Shown here: one piece after another, positions 40,845 to 54,739 of the stretch
Layout of the letters: each line of letters starts with the position of its first letter
Numbering within the stretch: the stretch's first letter is position 1
Source: Eledone cirrhosa
Lineage: Eukaryota
Length of the DNA stretch: 64,000 nt
Reading direction: 5' to 3'
NCBI GenBank assembly: GCA_964016885.1
Contig: OZ024741.1
Span: 170,810,001-170,874,000, forward strand
The notes under the pieces: generated by a model
The model's input: the letters and a program-made list of their open reading frames with translations, nothing else
What the model was told of the DNA's origin: nothing
Database searches by the model: none
Translations under genes and position numbers: made by a program

Positions 40845-43800
40845 GGTGATGGTGGTGGCGGTGATGGTGGTGGTGGTGGTTGTGGTGATGATGATGGTGG
40901 TGGTGGTGGTGGTGATGGTGGTGGTGTGTGTATGTGTGGGGGAGGTAATGGTGGTGGTGATGGTGGTGGTTGGGGTGATGATGGTGGTGGTGGTGGTGGT
41001 GGTTGTGGCGGTGATGGTGGTGGTGGTGGTTGTGGTGATGATGATGGTGGTGGTGGTGGTGGTGGTGGTTGTGGCGGTGATGTTGGTGATGTTGGTGGTG
41101 TTGATGATGATGATCGTGGTGTTGGTGATGATGATGGTGGTGGTGGAGGTGGTAACGGTGGTGGTGGTGGTGATGGTGGTGGTGGTGTGTGTGTAGGGGG
41201 GGTAATGGTGTTGGTGGTTGTGGTGATGGTGGTTGTGGTGATGATGGTGGTGGTGGAGGTGGTTGTGGCGGTGATGGTGGTGGTGGTGGTTGTGGTGATG
41301 ATGATGGTGGTGGTTGTGGTGATGATGATGGTGGTGGTGGTGGTGGTGGTGGTTGTGGCGGTGATGTTGGTGATGTTGGTGGTGTTGGTGATGATGATCG
41401 TGGTGTTGGTGATGATGATGGTGGTGGTGGAGGTGGTAACGGTGGTGGTGGTGGTGATGGTGGTGTGTTTGTAGGGGGGTAATGGTGTTGGTGGTTGTGG
41501 TGATGATGGTGGTGGTTGTGGTGATGATGGTGGTGGTGGTGGTGGTTGTGGCGGTGATGGTGGTGGTGGTGGTTGTGGTGATGATGATGGTGGTGGTTGT
41601 GGTGATGATGATGGTGGTGGTGGTGGTGGTGGTGGTTGTGGCGGTGATGTTAGTGATGTTGGTGGTGTTGGTGATGATGATCGTGGTGTTGGTGATGATG
41701 ATGGTGGTGGTGGAGGTGGTAACGGTGGTGCTGGTGGTGATGGTGGTGGTGTGTGTGTGTAGGGGGGGTAATGGTGGTGGTGGTGTGTTTGTAGGGGGGT
41801 AATGGTGTTGGTGGTTGTGGTGATGATTGTGGTGGTTGTGGTGATGATGGTGGTGGTGGTGGTGGTTGTGGCGGTGATGGTGGTGGTGGTGGTTGTGGTG
41901 ATGATGATGGTGGTGGTTGTGGTGACGATGATGGTGGTGGTGGTGGTGGTGGTGGTTGTGGCGGTGATGTTGGTGATGTTGGTGGTGTTGGTGATGATGA
42001 TCGTGGTGTTGGTGATGATGATGGTGGTGGTGGAGGTGGTAACGGTGGTGCTGGTGGTGATGGTGGTGGTGTGTGTGTGTAGGGGGGTTATGGTGTTGGT
42101 GGTTGTGGTGATGATGGTGGTGGTTGTGGTGATGATGGTGGTGGTGGTGGTGGTTGTGGCGGTGATGGTGGTGGTGGTGGTTGTGGTGATGATGATGGTG
42201 GTGGTTGTGGTGATGATGATGGTGGTGGTGGTGGTGGTGGTGGTTGTGGCGGTGATGTTGGTGATGTTGGTGGTGTTGGTGATGATGATCGTGGTGTTGG
42301 TGATGATGATGGTGGTGGTGGAGGTGGTAACGGTGGTGCTGGTGGTGATGGTGGTGGTGTGTGTGTGTAGGCGGGGTAATGGTGTTGGTGGTTGTGGTGA
42401 TGATGGTGGTGGTTGTGGTGATGATGGTGGTGGTGGTGGTGGTTGTGGCGGTGATGGTGGTGGTGGTGGTTGTGGTGATGATGATGGTGGTGGTTGTGGT
42501 GATGATGATGGTGGTGGTGGTGGTGGTTGTGGCGGTGATGTTGGTGATGTTGGTGGTGTTGGTGATGATGATCGTGGTGTTAGTGATGATGATGGTGGTG
42601 GTGGAGGTGGTAACGGTGGTGCTGGTGGTGATGGTGGTGGTGTGTGTGTGTAGGCGGGGTAATGGTGTTGGTGGTTGTGGTGATGATGGTGGTGGTTGTG
42701 GTGATGATGGTGGTGGTGGTGGTGGTTGTGGCGGTGATGGTGGTGGTGGTGGTTGTGGTGATGATGATGGTGGTGGTTGTGGTGATGATGATGGTGGTGG
42801 TGGTGGTTGTGGCGGTGATGTTGGTGATGTTGGTGGTGTTGGTGATGATGATCGTGGTGTTGGTGATGATGATGGTGGTGGTGGAGGTGGTAACGGTGGT
42901 GGTGGTGGTGATGGTGGTGGTGGTGTGTTTGTAGGGGGGTAATGGTGTTGGTGGTTGTGGTGATGATGGTGGTGGTTGTGGTGATGATGGTGGTGGTGGT
43001 GGTGGTTGTGGCGGTGATGGTGGTGGTGGTGGTTGTGGTGATGATGATGGTGGTGGTTGTGGTGATGATGATGGTGCTGGTGATGGTGATGGCGGTGGTG
43101 CTGGTGATGGTGGTGATGGCGGTGGTGCTGGTGATGATGCTGGTGATGGTGGTGATGGTGGTGGTGGTGGTGGTGCTGGTGATGATGATGGTAGTGGTGG
43201 TGGTGCTGGTGATGATGATGGTGGTGGTGGTGGTGCTGGTGCTGGTGATGATGATGGTAGTGGTGGTGGTGGTGCTGGTGCTGGTGATGATGATGGTAGT
43301 GGTGGTGGTGCTGGTGATGATGGCGGTGGTGCTGGTGATGGTGGTGATGGTGGTGGTGGTGGTGGTGCTGGTGATGATGATGGTAGTGGTGGTGGTGCTG
43401 GTGATGATGATGGTAGTGGTGGTGGTGCTGGTGATGATGGCGGTAGTGGTGGTGGTGCTGGTGATGAAGATGGTGGTGGTGGTGGTGCTGGTGCTGGTGA
43501 TGATGATGGTAGTGGTGGTGGTGCTGGTGCTGGTGATGATGATGGTAGTGGTGGTGGTGCTGGTGATGATGATGGTGGTGGTGGTGGTGGTGGTGATGGT
43601 AGTGGTGGTGGTGCTGGTGATGATGATGGTGGTGGTGGCGCTGGTGGTGATGGTGATGATGATGGTGCTGGTGGTGGTGGTGGTGGTGATGGTAGTGGTG
43701 CTGGTGCTGGTGATGATGATGGTGCTGGTGGTGGTGGTGGTGCTGGTGATGATGATGGTGGTGGTGGTGGTGATGATGATGATGATAATCACTATGATTA

Positions 43801-43890
43801 TGATCACTTGGATGATGATGATGGTGATGATGATGATGATAATGATGAAGGTGATGATGATGTTGATAATGATGTTGATGAGGATAATGA
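40757..43890. repeat. (GGT/GAT)n-derived minisatellite with about 280-320-bp higher-order units
   Basis: Landmark gtaggggggtaatggtgttgg near 41192, 41471, 41791, 42079, 42367, 42650, 42931. Confidence 0.93.
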
Positions 43891-44052
43891 CAATAATTGT
43901 TTCTACTTTAGGCACAAGGCCAGCAATACACCAGTGCATTACTGGTACTTTATTTTATCGGCCCCGTAAGGATAAAAGGAAAAGTTTACCTCGGCTGGAT
44001 TTGAATTCAGACCATAAAGGGCCGTAACTCTTTGCTGCCAACATGGCGTCAG
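43891..44052 (-). mobile_element. SINE
   Basis: Same family; lies at the end of the minisatellite. Confidence 0.88.
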
Positions 44053-44281
44053 AATGAAGATAATGGTGGTAAGTTTGATGATACTAATGATAGTAATGAG
44101 AAAGCTGATAATGATAATTATGATGATCTTGATGAAGATGGCGATGACATGTAGTGGGAGTACCATGCTTATAACACTCAAATAAGAATGCAGTTATTCA
44201 TTTAAACATATCTTTCTCTTACTAGAGTTAAACATGATATCTCTCTATCTCTCTGTGTATATATATATATATGTGTGTGTG

Positions 44282-44321
<40 letters not shown>

Positions 44322-44391
44322 GGTAAAGGAACCAAATAAATATATATATTTAAAAAAAAATAAGACTCCAGTTGCATTTTCGATTTCATCT

Positions 44392-44531
<140 letters not shown>

Positions 44532-44791
44532 GTATATAAAAAGATGAAATCGAAAATGCAACTGGAGTCTTATTTTTTTTTAAATATATATATTTATTTG
44601 GTTCCTTTACCGGTTTCCCGGTTCTTCTGCCTTTCAAATGTAGAGTTGAGATGGAGGGTCTGTGGTTTTTCTCACATTTTCAAAAATAAGACCCCAGTTG
44701 CATTTTTGATTTCATCTTTTTTTCTTTATACTTTCACTCGTGTAGGACACCTCGGTTATTTTTCATTTTGTAAAAAAAACCTCACTTTCTA

Positions 44792-44826
<35 letters not shown>

Positions 44827-44863
44827 AGAGTGTGTATGTGTGTGTGTGTGTATGTGTGTATAC

Positions 44864-44899
<36 letters not shown>

Positions 44900-44998
44900 A
44901 TATATATATGGAGTTGCGACCGATAGATAGTATTAGCAACTGGAAAGACCAACGGAAACATTGTTTCCTCGGTCCGATTCGACGAAAGTCGATCGATC

Positions 44999-45038
<40 letters not shown>

Positions 45039-45651
45039 AACGAGATATGGTTTAATGTAATGCAGCAGTGAGTACTCTGTGGTGAGGATATTAATAACGT
45101 ACGGCGTTGTTTGACTCAACAACAGGTTTCTTTAGTTAGGTGGCGAGTTTAAGAGAATTCTCATGCTTGTGGGTCTTGGAGTAATAGTAGTGAATGTGTA
45201 AAGAATAACATGGTCGGCTCTACAAAAAGGGTTTATTTACACTATTAACAATTGTTTCATTAATCAGTTGAGTCTAAAGGCCACTGATCGTTAGAAATTA
45301 CATATATACATATACGTGTGTGTGGGGGGTGGGCGGTGTTTGTATGTGTGCGTCCACATATAAACATGTTTAATTTAAGCCAAGTGTATATGTACTTGGG
45401 ATATATCCGAGACCGACTAAAATAAGTCAGTTTAACCCTTGTAGTTCTCCTACGGATTTTAAATTCTTCCAGTATTGATTATTACAAAGCTTTGAAATAA
45501 TTAATATTGTTTCTTGGTTTTATAAACCACAGTCGGGTAACTATATGGGTAAATCTGACTGATTTTAGTCGGGCTGGTTTGTATCCCGCTAAATCTAGAT
45601 TTTGACTTAAATTAAATGTTCAGACACACACACACACAGACACACACATAT

Positions 45652-45726
45652 GTAGGGAGTTCCAGAAAAATATATACACATATATTACAATGGCGTTGAA
45701 GTATTTACACATTTTTGGGGGACACC

Positions 45727-45731
<5 letters not shown>
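45652..45731. mobile_element. About 80-bp Tc1/mariner-type mini-MITE
   Basis: tagggagttccagaaaaatatatacac ... gtatttacacatttttgggggacaccctg TA; CAGGGTGTCCC-type TIR. Confidence 0.55.
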
Positions 45732-45766
<35 letters not shown>

Positions 45767-45919
45767 CAGCCAGCTCCGTCACTATACAACGCCTATCCGT
45801 CAAATATTTGCTCGTACGAACGAACAAACCCACTCGACACAAACACACAAACATCACACATGTACTGACCTTGGCTGTACGTACATACTTCTTTCACTTT
45901 GATCCATTGAGTCAGTCCT

Positions 45920-46016
45920 TCATTTTTGCCTTTCATCCTTACGGGGTCGATAAAATAAAGTACCAGTAATGCACTGGGTAATTGCTGGCCTTGTGCCTAA
46001 AGTAGAAACAATTATT
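45920..46016 (+). mobile_element. SINE 3' half
   Basis: gcctttcatccttacggggtcgataaaataaagtaccag...acaattatt. Confidence 0.85.
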
Positions 46017-46069
46017 GTTGTTTATATACAGACAAATTTATAACGTCTGTTACTTTTCCGATGTAGGAA

Positions 46070-46615
46070 AACATTTAACGGGACGCGATCAAATTTTATG
46101 TGAAACTCAACAAATTTTCCACCGAAATATTTAATTCTTTAAAACAAGCCTTTGGAGATGCCAGTCTATCGGGAAGTATCGTTTTTAAGAGGCATGACGC
46201 TTTCAAAGATGTCCGAGAAAATGCTTGTCTTTAGAGTAAATGAAACAATTGAAATTTGTCAGGATTTGCTAAAAAGTCTCGACATGGAACCAAATTTTAC
46301 GGATAATTTAATATCATGAGATGAATATTGACTCTTCGAGTATTATCCACAGTTAAAACTACAAAGGGAGGAGTGGAGCGTGAAAAATTCTCCTTGCGGG
46401 AAGAAAGCAAAAGATGAGCAGATCTGGGGTGAACACGATAGCTATCATGTTTATCAAAGTTAGTCGTGCGTTCTTGGAAAGACCTCAAAAATGGATCTAG
46501 CTGTCCAAATGGACATAGCAGGTAATCGGGTACTGTACTACTAGAACGTATCTGCTCACACGTCACTTTCAATTAGAGAATTTCTGGCAATATATCACAA
46601 CTCGTGTCCACACCT
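46070..46615 (+). pseudogene. Mariner transposase relic
   Basis: Manual translation: AIKFYVKLNKFSTE..LKQAFGDASLS..VFKRHDAFKDVRE (HTH), EWSVKNSP.KKA..SRS, and VLYY*NVSAHTS..REFLA (decayed HHDNAPAH). Confidence 0.72.
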
Positions 46616-46638
46616 CTATTTTATATATATATATATAC

Positions 46639-47235
46639 AATAATTGTTTCTACGTTTGGCACAAGGCCAGCAATTTCCCAGAGCATTACTGGTACTTTAT
46701 TTTATCGACCCCGTAAGGATGAAAGGCAAAGTTAACCTCGGCGGGATTTGAACTTAGAATGGCAAGGGCCGTAACTCTATACGTCAAAACATAGCGTCCG
46801 ACCCTCTACCGATACTGCCAATCCACCGCCCTTATATATATACAATAATTGTTTCTACTTTAGGCACAAGGCCAGCAATTACCCAGTGCATTACTGGTAT
46901 TTTATTTTATCGACCCCGTAAGGATGAAAGGCAAAGTAAACCTCGGCGGGATTTGAACTCAGACCGTAAAGTGACGTAACTATGCTGGAAAGCATGGCGT
47001 CCGACTCTCTACCGATACTGCCAATCCACCACCGCGCTATATATATACAATAATTGTTTCTATTTTAGGCACAAGGCCAGAAATTATCCAGTACATTACT
47101 TGTACTTTATTTTATCGACCCCGTAAGGATGAAAGGCAAAGTTAACCTCGGCGGGATTTGAACTCAGATCATAAAGGGACGTAACTCTATGCTTTAAAGC
47201 ATGGTGTCCGACTCTCTACCGATACTGCCGATCCA
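46639..47235 (-). mobile_element. Three full-length SINEs in tandem (46639-46830, 46844-47030, 47048-47235)
   Basis: Each preceded by tatatacaataat. Confidence 0.92.
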
Positions 47236-47236
47236 C

Positions 47237-48049
47237 ACAATAATGAGAGGTATACAGATATATGTGCATACATACATATATATATATGTATATATAAACA
47301 TATTTTTCACAAGTATGTGAGATTGTACGTTGTCGACCTTAACCAGTGTTACTCTATGATTATGAGAGACAAGATAATCGAAATAATTAAATTGACACAA
47401 TATCAGTGCTATGTAAAATAGTATAAAATAAGAAGGAATAATAGATACAATATACCTATTTTTACTTCGTCCCGACTGTACAGTTTTGCTGGTCACCATG
47501 CAAAAATGTTATATCATAGATATGTAACATTGTTGTGAAGTAAGCCAGCTTATCAAGGGACCACCTCTGGGAATAGCCCTAACTACATACGTCCGTAGCA
47601 AGCGAGAAAATCTCAAAAAGGCGGGGAAGACTCTTTCACGTGATACACCGGTCAAGAAAGGGGATTAATCCCTTGTAGCAGTGAAAAATATCTCAGAAGG
47701 CGGAGGGGACATTAATATGATACAGAGGCTACAGAGGGGTTGTTAGGTTGACTAGAAGTGTATTTGGAGTTTGCTTGAAAGCAGTCACTATACGTCCGTG
47801 GTTACTCTACCGTGAGGGAGTTAGAGACAATAATGAGAGGTATACAGATATATGTGCATACATACATATACTCGCTTGCTACGGACCTATGTAGTTAGGG
47901 CTCTTCCCTGAGGTGCGCCTTGATAAGTTGGCTTACCTCACAACAATGTTACATATCTATGATATAACATGTTTGCATAGTGATCAGTGAAACTGTACAG
48001 TCGGGACGAAGAAAAAATATGTATATTGTGTCTATTATTCCTTCTTATT
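47237..48049. mobile_element. Element with 590-bp terminal redundancy and inverted tail
   Basis: acaataatgagaggtatacagatatatgtgcatac at 47237 and 47827; 47871-48049 inverts 47427-47606. Confidence 0.8.
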
Positions 48050-48164
48050 ATATAATATGTTATATATATATATATATATATATAAAGAATTAGTATATCT
48101 ACCAACATATATATACAGATGCATACCTATGCTAGCAAATATATAGGTTTTGTCTTAGTAACTT

Positions 48165-48203
<39 letters not shown>

Positions 48204-48263
48204 ACATGGATATTCTTGGTCTACAAGGCTGTAGACATTGGATTGTGATATATTAAACATGCA

Positions 48264-48315
<52 letters not shown>

Positions 48316-48354
48316 TGGCGAGGCTTTTGATATGAAATCGTGTGTCGAAACAAA

Positions 48355-49238
48355 TATTGTTATACTTGGGGAGGGTCATATTGTTGTAATAATATTTCCA
48401 GAATTAATAACAGAACACATTCACTGTTTCGTTGGTTTTCGCTTCTGTATCTTTTATATCAGTTAATTTATTCGGTCCTCAATGTTTACCATTGTCTGAC
48501 TTTATTTATTTATTTATTTATATTTCTCTTAGGTCAGTATTATATGTTTGGGTTCAGTAATATACGAACACGCCAGACAACAACATGACGGTAACATAGA
48601 CAACATAGATATTAAAATGATATCTAAACATAGAAATGACCCAGCAGATAGGCAAATCAGAGAGGCCAGTGAAATAGAACTTAGAAGGCCAAAGCTAAAC
48701 AGAAAAAAAGAATGGAATAACAGCAACACCCAAACAAACAATACTGACCTAAGAAAAATATATATGAATAAATAAATATATACATAAGCACAATAACAAC
48801 AAACATATATAAACACACACTAGTAAACTAAGATAGAATAAAATAACCAAAACACAGTCACCCAAACGCGAACACACATCAAACACTATACATACACGCA
48901 AACGCATGCGTAGAGAAGAAGACAAAAATAAATAAATAAATAAATATATAAACAGATCAAATAAAGATGGCATAGACATACAATACAACAGGAGGAAACA
49001 TAATAGCACCACTGACGATGTTGCAGATGTGCAACGAAAGAACTTTGTTAGACTATATATATATCTTTGTGTCTATATTATATCTGTATGTTTGACCGTT
49101 GGTCAGTCAATGGTAAACATTGAGAACCGAATAAATTAACTGATATAAAAGATACAGAAGCGAAAACCAACCAAGCAGTGAGTGTGTTCTGTTATTCATT
49201 CTGGCAACATTATTACAACAATATGACCTCTTCCCAAG

Positions 49239-49243
<5 letters not shown>
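48355..49243 (+). mobile_element. 5'-truncated Penelope-like element (family B) with inverted 5' segment
   Basis: GIY-YIG C-terminus 48551-48775 (EHARQQH..RQIREA..PKLNRKKEW), 3' UTR with hammerhead; 48355-48500 inverts 49103-49243. Confidence 0.85.
49008..49050 (+). ncRNA. Type I hammerhead (family B)
   Basis: CTGACGA t gttgca gatg tgcaac GAAA gaac TT tg; stem I weak. Confidence 0.68.
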
Positions 49244-49276
<33 letters not shown>

Positions 49277-49277
<1 letters not shown>

Positions 49278-49463
49278 AATAATTGTTTCTACTGTAGACA
49301 CAAGGCCAGCAATTACCCAGTACATTACTTGTACTTTATTTTATCGACCCCGTAAGGATGAAAGGCAAAGTTAACCTCGGCGGGATTTGAACTCAGACTG
49401 TAAAGGGACGTAAGTATGCTAGGAAGCATGGCGTTCAACCCTCTACCGATACTGCCAATTCAC
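49277..49463 (-). mobile_element. SINE
   Basis: Same family as 8447-8635. Confidence 0.88.
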
Positions 49464-49815
49464 CACAACGAAAGCTATAACACTATAGCATCACTTTTTA
49501 TTTCATTATATATATTTCTGGGATGCTAAAAATTTATGTTTGACATGCCTCTTCAGATAAAATACATTAGGAGATGTATAAAATATTATAAGACATACTC
49601 ACAAGAGTGTCCTTGTCAGATCAATTCCAAATGGGTATGTATATATACTAAATGACCGACAAGTTTCAGTAAACCGGTATCAGTAAACCGATACAAAACA
49701 TAAAAGGGGCAAAGGATGAGTTATAAAACACAACAATGTAATGGTTTACCCAGTATATTTTAACATGATATATCAGGGCTATTACATATTTCACAAAACT
49801 TCATATTAACTATAG

Positions 49816-49872
<57 letters not shown>

Positions 49873-50589
49873 AGCAAATTATAAATGTAAACATGTAAGT
49901 ATGTTTTTGAAACGGTGCGCGAGTTTGAAAATTAGAAATTAGAAATTATACGCTTTCACCGTATTTTAGACTAAAGAAATTTCTAGCCTGATAGTGGGGT
50001 TTATAACCCTCGGAGAAATGGAAAAAGATGGGTTATAAACCCACTATCAGGCTAGAAATTTCTTTAGTCTAAAATACGGTGAAAGCTTATAATTTCTAAT
50101 ATATATATATGAACATATATATATATATGTTCATATATATATATTTCCGATTGAAAACAGTGTGAGACTCCGCATTCTGAGACTGCTGGAATTTCAAATT
50201 TGGCGGTCATTCTGATACGGAAGGAGACCATCGCTGACATGGGATTAAACATCGGTAAGAGAGTTTTTTCATATCGATGTTTGACAGGCATCCACTGATG
50301 ATTTATAAGTGCCCACCTGCATATATTTCTACGAATGTGTGAAGGCTTCTACATAACCCGGACACATTCTCCCAACTTGTAGATAACTTACAATGAAACA
50401 ATTGTTTGGAAAAGGGGATATATTTTAATTATGTCTCATATAAAATAATACTACTGGCCTTCCGCAAAATACATATAGTTAGCACCCCAAACGTAAAATT
50501 GGGATTATACTAAGGTATATCCTAATGTTTGTTGAGTGAGATGGAAGCCAGTCAGAGTAAAGCTTAAAGCTTTCTCTGTTAATGTATTG

Positions 50590-50665
<76 letters not shown>

Positions 50666-51430
50666 TAACAGATTAAAGTTTAAGCAATGAATCGCTGCTT
50701 TCACCCTTAACGGGATCTTCTGAAACTAACAAAGTCAATCTGTGAACGCAGAAGTGAATATTTCAAAAAACGTTGCAACCGGAGTAAGACAGGAAGACGA
50801 CACTTTGGTTCGTAGAAACGTTCCCTGGCAAAGAACGGGAACAAACGAATATAATACGTCATTATTTGGAGCGGTGAAAAACAATTAAAGAACGGGAAAA
50901 AACGAAGATAATACGTCATATGTGGAGCGGGGAGAACAATTCCACGCAAAGACAAAAGCACGTAAATGGTATAACTGAAGTCGTAGACTAAAATTCTATA
51001 TATATATATATATATATATATTTTATGTATACCGAAAATTTCTTTTAACTCTTAATTTTTAAACTTTTAGTTTTAATTTAATTTCATCCTTTAACTCTTA
51101 ACATGAGTTAACGTTCCAATATTCTGTTCACACATTTGACCATACAGACACCCATTATATATGCCTTTGTTAAAATATAGGTTCTTTGGAATAACATTTT
51201 TCGGGGCGTTTTCTTGCCTGACTGTAGTGTGACCATTACGCTGACTTTTCTTCTTTCTTTCTTCTCTTTTTTTTTATTCTTCGCCCCTTCACCAGATGGT
51301 CATTAGTAGACCGAATAGCGATCACTTGAAGGCGACTGACCGAGGTGAAAACAGCTAGTTGGTCAGTCGTCCTCTCTGTCCCTGATTTTCGGACCCATGG
51401 ATTTTTATATATTCCTTTGTTATATTTCGA

Positions 51431-51488
51431 AAACCTGATGATATCACCGGATTCATACGGAACCCGGTCATTGAAATGATCATAGTAT
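51431..51488 (+). ncRNA. Type I hammerhead ribozyme
   Basis: aaac CTGATGA t atcaccggattc atacg gaacccggtcat t GAAA TGATCA TA gtat; palindromic loop III, weak stem I. Confidence 0.68.
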
Positions 51489-51538
51489 AATAAACTTTTC
51501 AAGGATTTACACCAGTCCAGCCTCCTGTTATTTTATTC

Positions 51539-51596
<58 letters not shown>

Positions 51597-51628
51597 TATT
51601 TATATATATATATATATATACAATAAGG

Positions 51629-52914
51629 TATGTCCTAAGAATCATTTGATAATATATGTACACCATTTCCTCTCCCAATTAGCATAATCAACCACACAAA
51701 TAATCAATTAAACCAGGCTATAAGATTAAAAGGCACCTATGAAGAAATAGTAGATAAATAAACGACACCAATTTATTCGCTATCAACCGCTATAGAATAT
51801 TTACCCAACATTTCAATAACACGTGGAAATCGATTAAATATACCGTCAACCATACACAATTAGGTATAAAATTAAAGTTAGAAGAAAAAATGCAGATACA
51901 CATACCACGATTACGTTTCTACCCTTAGGGTTTCGTTCGCTTTCGGAAATATCTTATCAAGGATAAAATCTCGAGCTTCGAACTCATCAGGAAACAAACT
52001 TATTTGGACAAAGAATTTTCTTAAGTGATCCCCGCCAGAAACGAATTCAAAGTGGCTAAGAACTGTGACGTGGCAATGGTCAAGTCAGAAAGAATGTGAT
52101 TGGTGGCTTACGGCGCGTGGGCTGGTTGCTATAAAGCGCAGCCTAATATTGCCCAAATTGTATCTCATCCTTATGGGAGATTATCAAATATAAAGATTTA
52201 CATATACACAAACTAGACAAAACCACAGATATATATGTGTTGGCAACCATTCACGATGTGGCTCAATGATGAATTAATAAATTAAATAATCAGAACAATA
52301 TACTATAAAGTATGTCCATAGAATTATTTGATAATATATATACACCATTTCCTCTCCCAATCAGCATAATCAACCACACAAAAAATCAATTAAACCAGAC
52401 TATAAGATTAAAAGGCACCTATGAAGAAATAGTAGATAAATAAACGACAGAAATTTATTCGCGATCAACCGCTAGCGACCGAAATCGAACGAAACCCTAA
52501 GGGTAGAAATGTAATCCTGGCATGTATATATGCATTTTTTCTTCTAACTTTAATTTTATACCTAATTATGTATGGTTGACGGTGTATTTAATCGATTTCC
52601 ACCTGCTATTGAAATATTGGGTAAATATTCTATAGCGGTTGATCGCGAATAAATTGCTGTCGTTTATTTATCAACTATTTCTTCATAGGTGCCTTTTAAT
52701 CTTATAGCATGGTTTAATTGATTTTTTGTGTGGTTGATTATGGTAATTGGGAGAGGAAATGGTGTATATATATTATCAAATGATTCTATGGACATACTTT
52801 ATAGTATATTGTTCTGATTATTTGATTTATTAATTCATCATTGAGCCACATCGTGAATGGTTGCCAAAACATATATATATCTGTGACTTTGTCTAGTTTG
52901 TGTATATGTAAATC
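51629..52914 (-). mobile_element. Hammerhead-bearing element, family C (682-bp unit, redundancy and long inverted segment)
   Basis: 51629-51793 repeated at 52311-52474; 52479-52914 is an inverted copy; related fragments at 112-178, 484-565 and 1536-1625. Confidence 0.85.
51915..51995 (-). ncRNA. Complete type I hammerhead with extended stem II
   Basis: gtttc CTGATGA gttcg [about 43-nt inner hairpin] cgaac GAAA ccc taa ggg TA^gaaac. Confidence 0.88.
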
Positions 52915-53839
<925 letters not shown>

Positions 53840-54739
53840 TTGTGTAAAACTATGCAATAGAAGATTGGTTGCCAAAAACTAGAAATGATTATCTTTGTTG
53901 TAAGCATTCTTGTGAAGGTGAGCCGCTTATCTGATGTCTGATAGATTTTTGTATTATGTAAAGTATTTGCACTCGATAGCACAATGCAACCTGTGAAGAA
54001 AATGACCATGCTAGTATTTGGTTTACTTACACGTATGTGGCAAAAGATATGAAGACATGCATTAGACCTTATAACACGGTTACAAGTAGACTTCAACAAG
54101 TTTTTTGTTTGTAGAATTAGTCCGTCGTCAGGCAGTTGGCAGCATATATTTCAAGCGACTCGTCTTCGGATAACGTCTTCCTTATTTATTACTAATCTCG
54201 GTGAAAAGTTTCATGTGTGGTTGCACGTCTTCTGATACCCACACTCACCTTTCTCACACTGTCTTATTCTTTCTCTTTACTTCTATTTTAGCCTTATTTT
54301 ACACATTTTCTTTGATACGTTCTCACCCCACTCCACACAAACACAATGTCACTCTGATAGTTATACGAACCCAAGAATAGAACTCATTGGCTGGCGCTTC
54401 CATATTGACTTCATGTGAAATACATGATTCAAAGCCTATGCTTATGGCTACATGCTTATGGCGTGGAGTGTATTTATATCAAATTTATTTTTACGTGTTG
54501 ATAATACGGTGAGATAAAAGTCTCTTGCTTGTACTGTAAACTATTTTGTATAGATTTTGGTTTCATCCGATTGCATGAATACATATTTGACATGGAAAGA
54601 AGTATTTTCGTATATAATTTTAAAATCGTTAAAACATACCTTTCTCAACAGATTGAAAAAAACATTTTAGAAGATTCCAACAATCTAATTTGAGGCGGAC
54701 ATTTGTAGTTTTAAATCTAAACGTGAAGATTATTATCCC

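Noticed and set aside
40724-43939. 1071-aa Thr/Pro/His-rich ORF resembling a mucin or extensin
   Set aside because: Starts inside a SINE, switches repeat frame arbitrarily, and ACC/ATC repeats lack stops by composition
50829-50945. Two-copy tandem repeat of about 58 bp (aaagaacggga..aaacga..ataatacgtcat)
   Set aside because: Real but uninformative; no structure or family assignable
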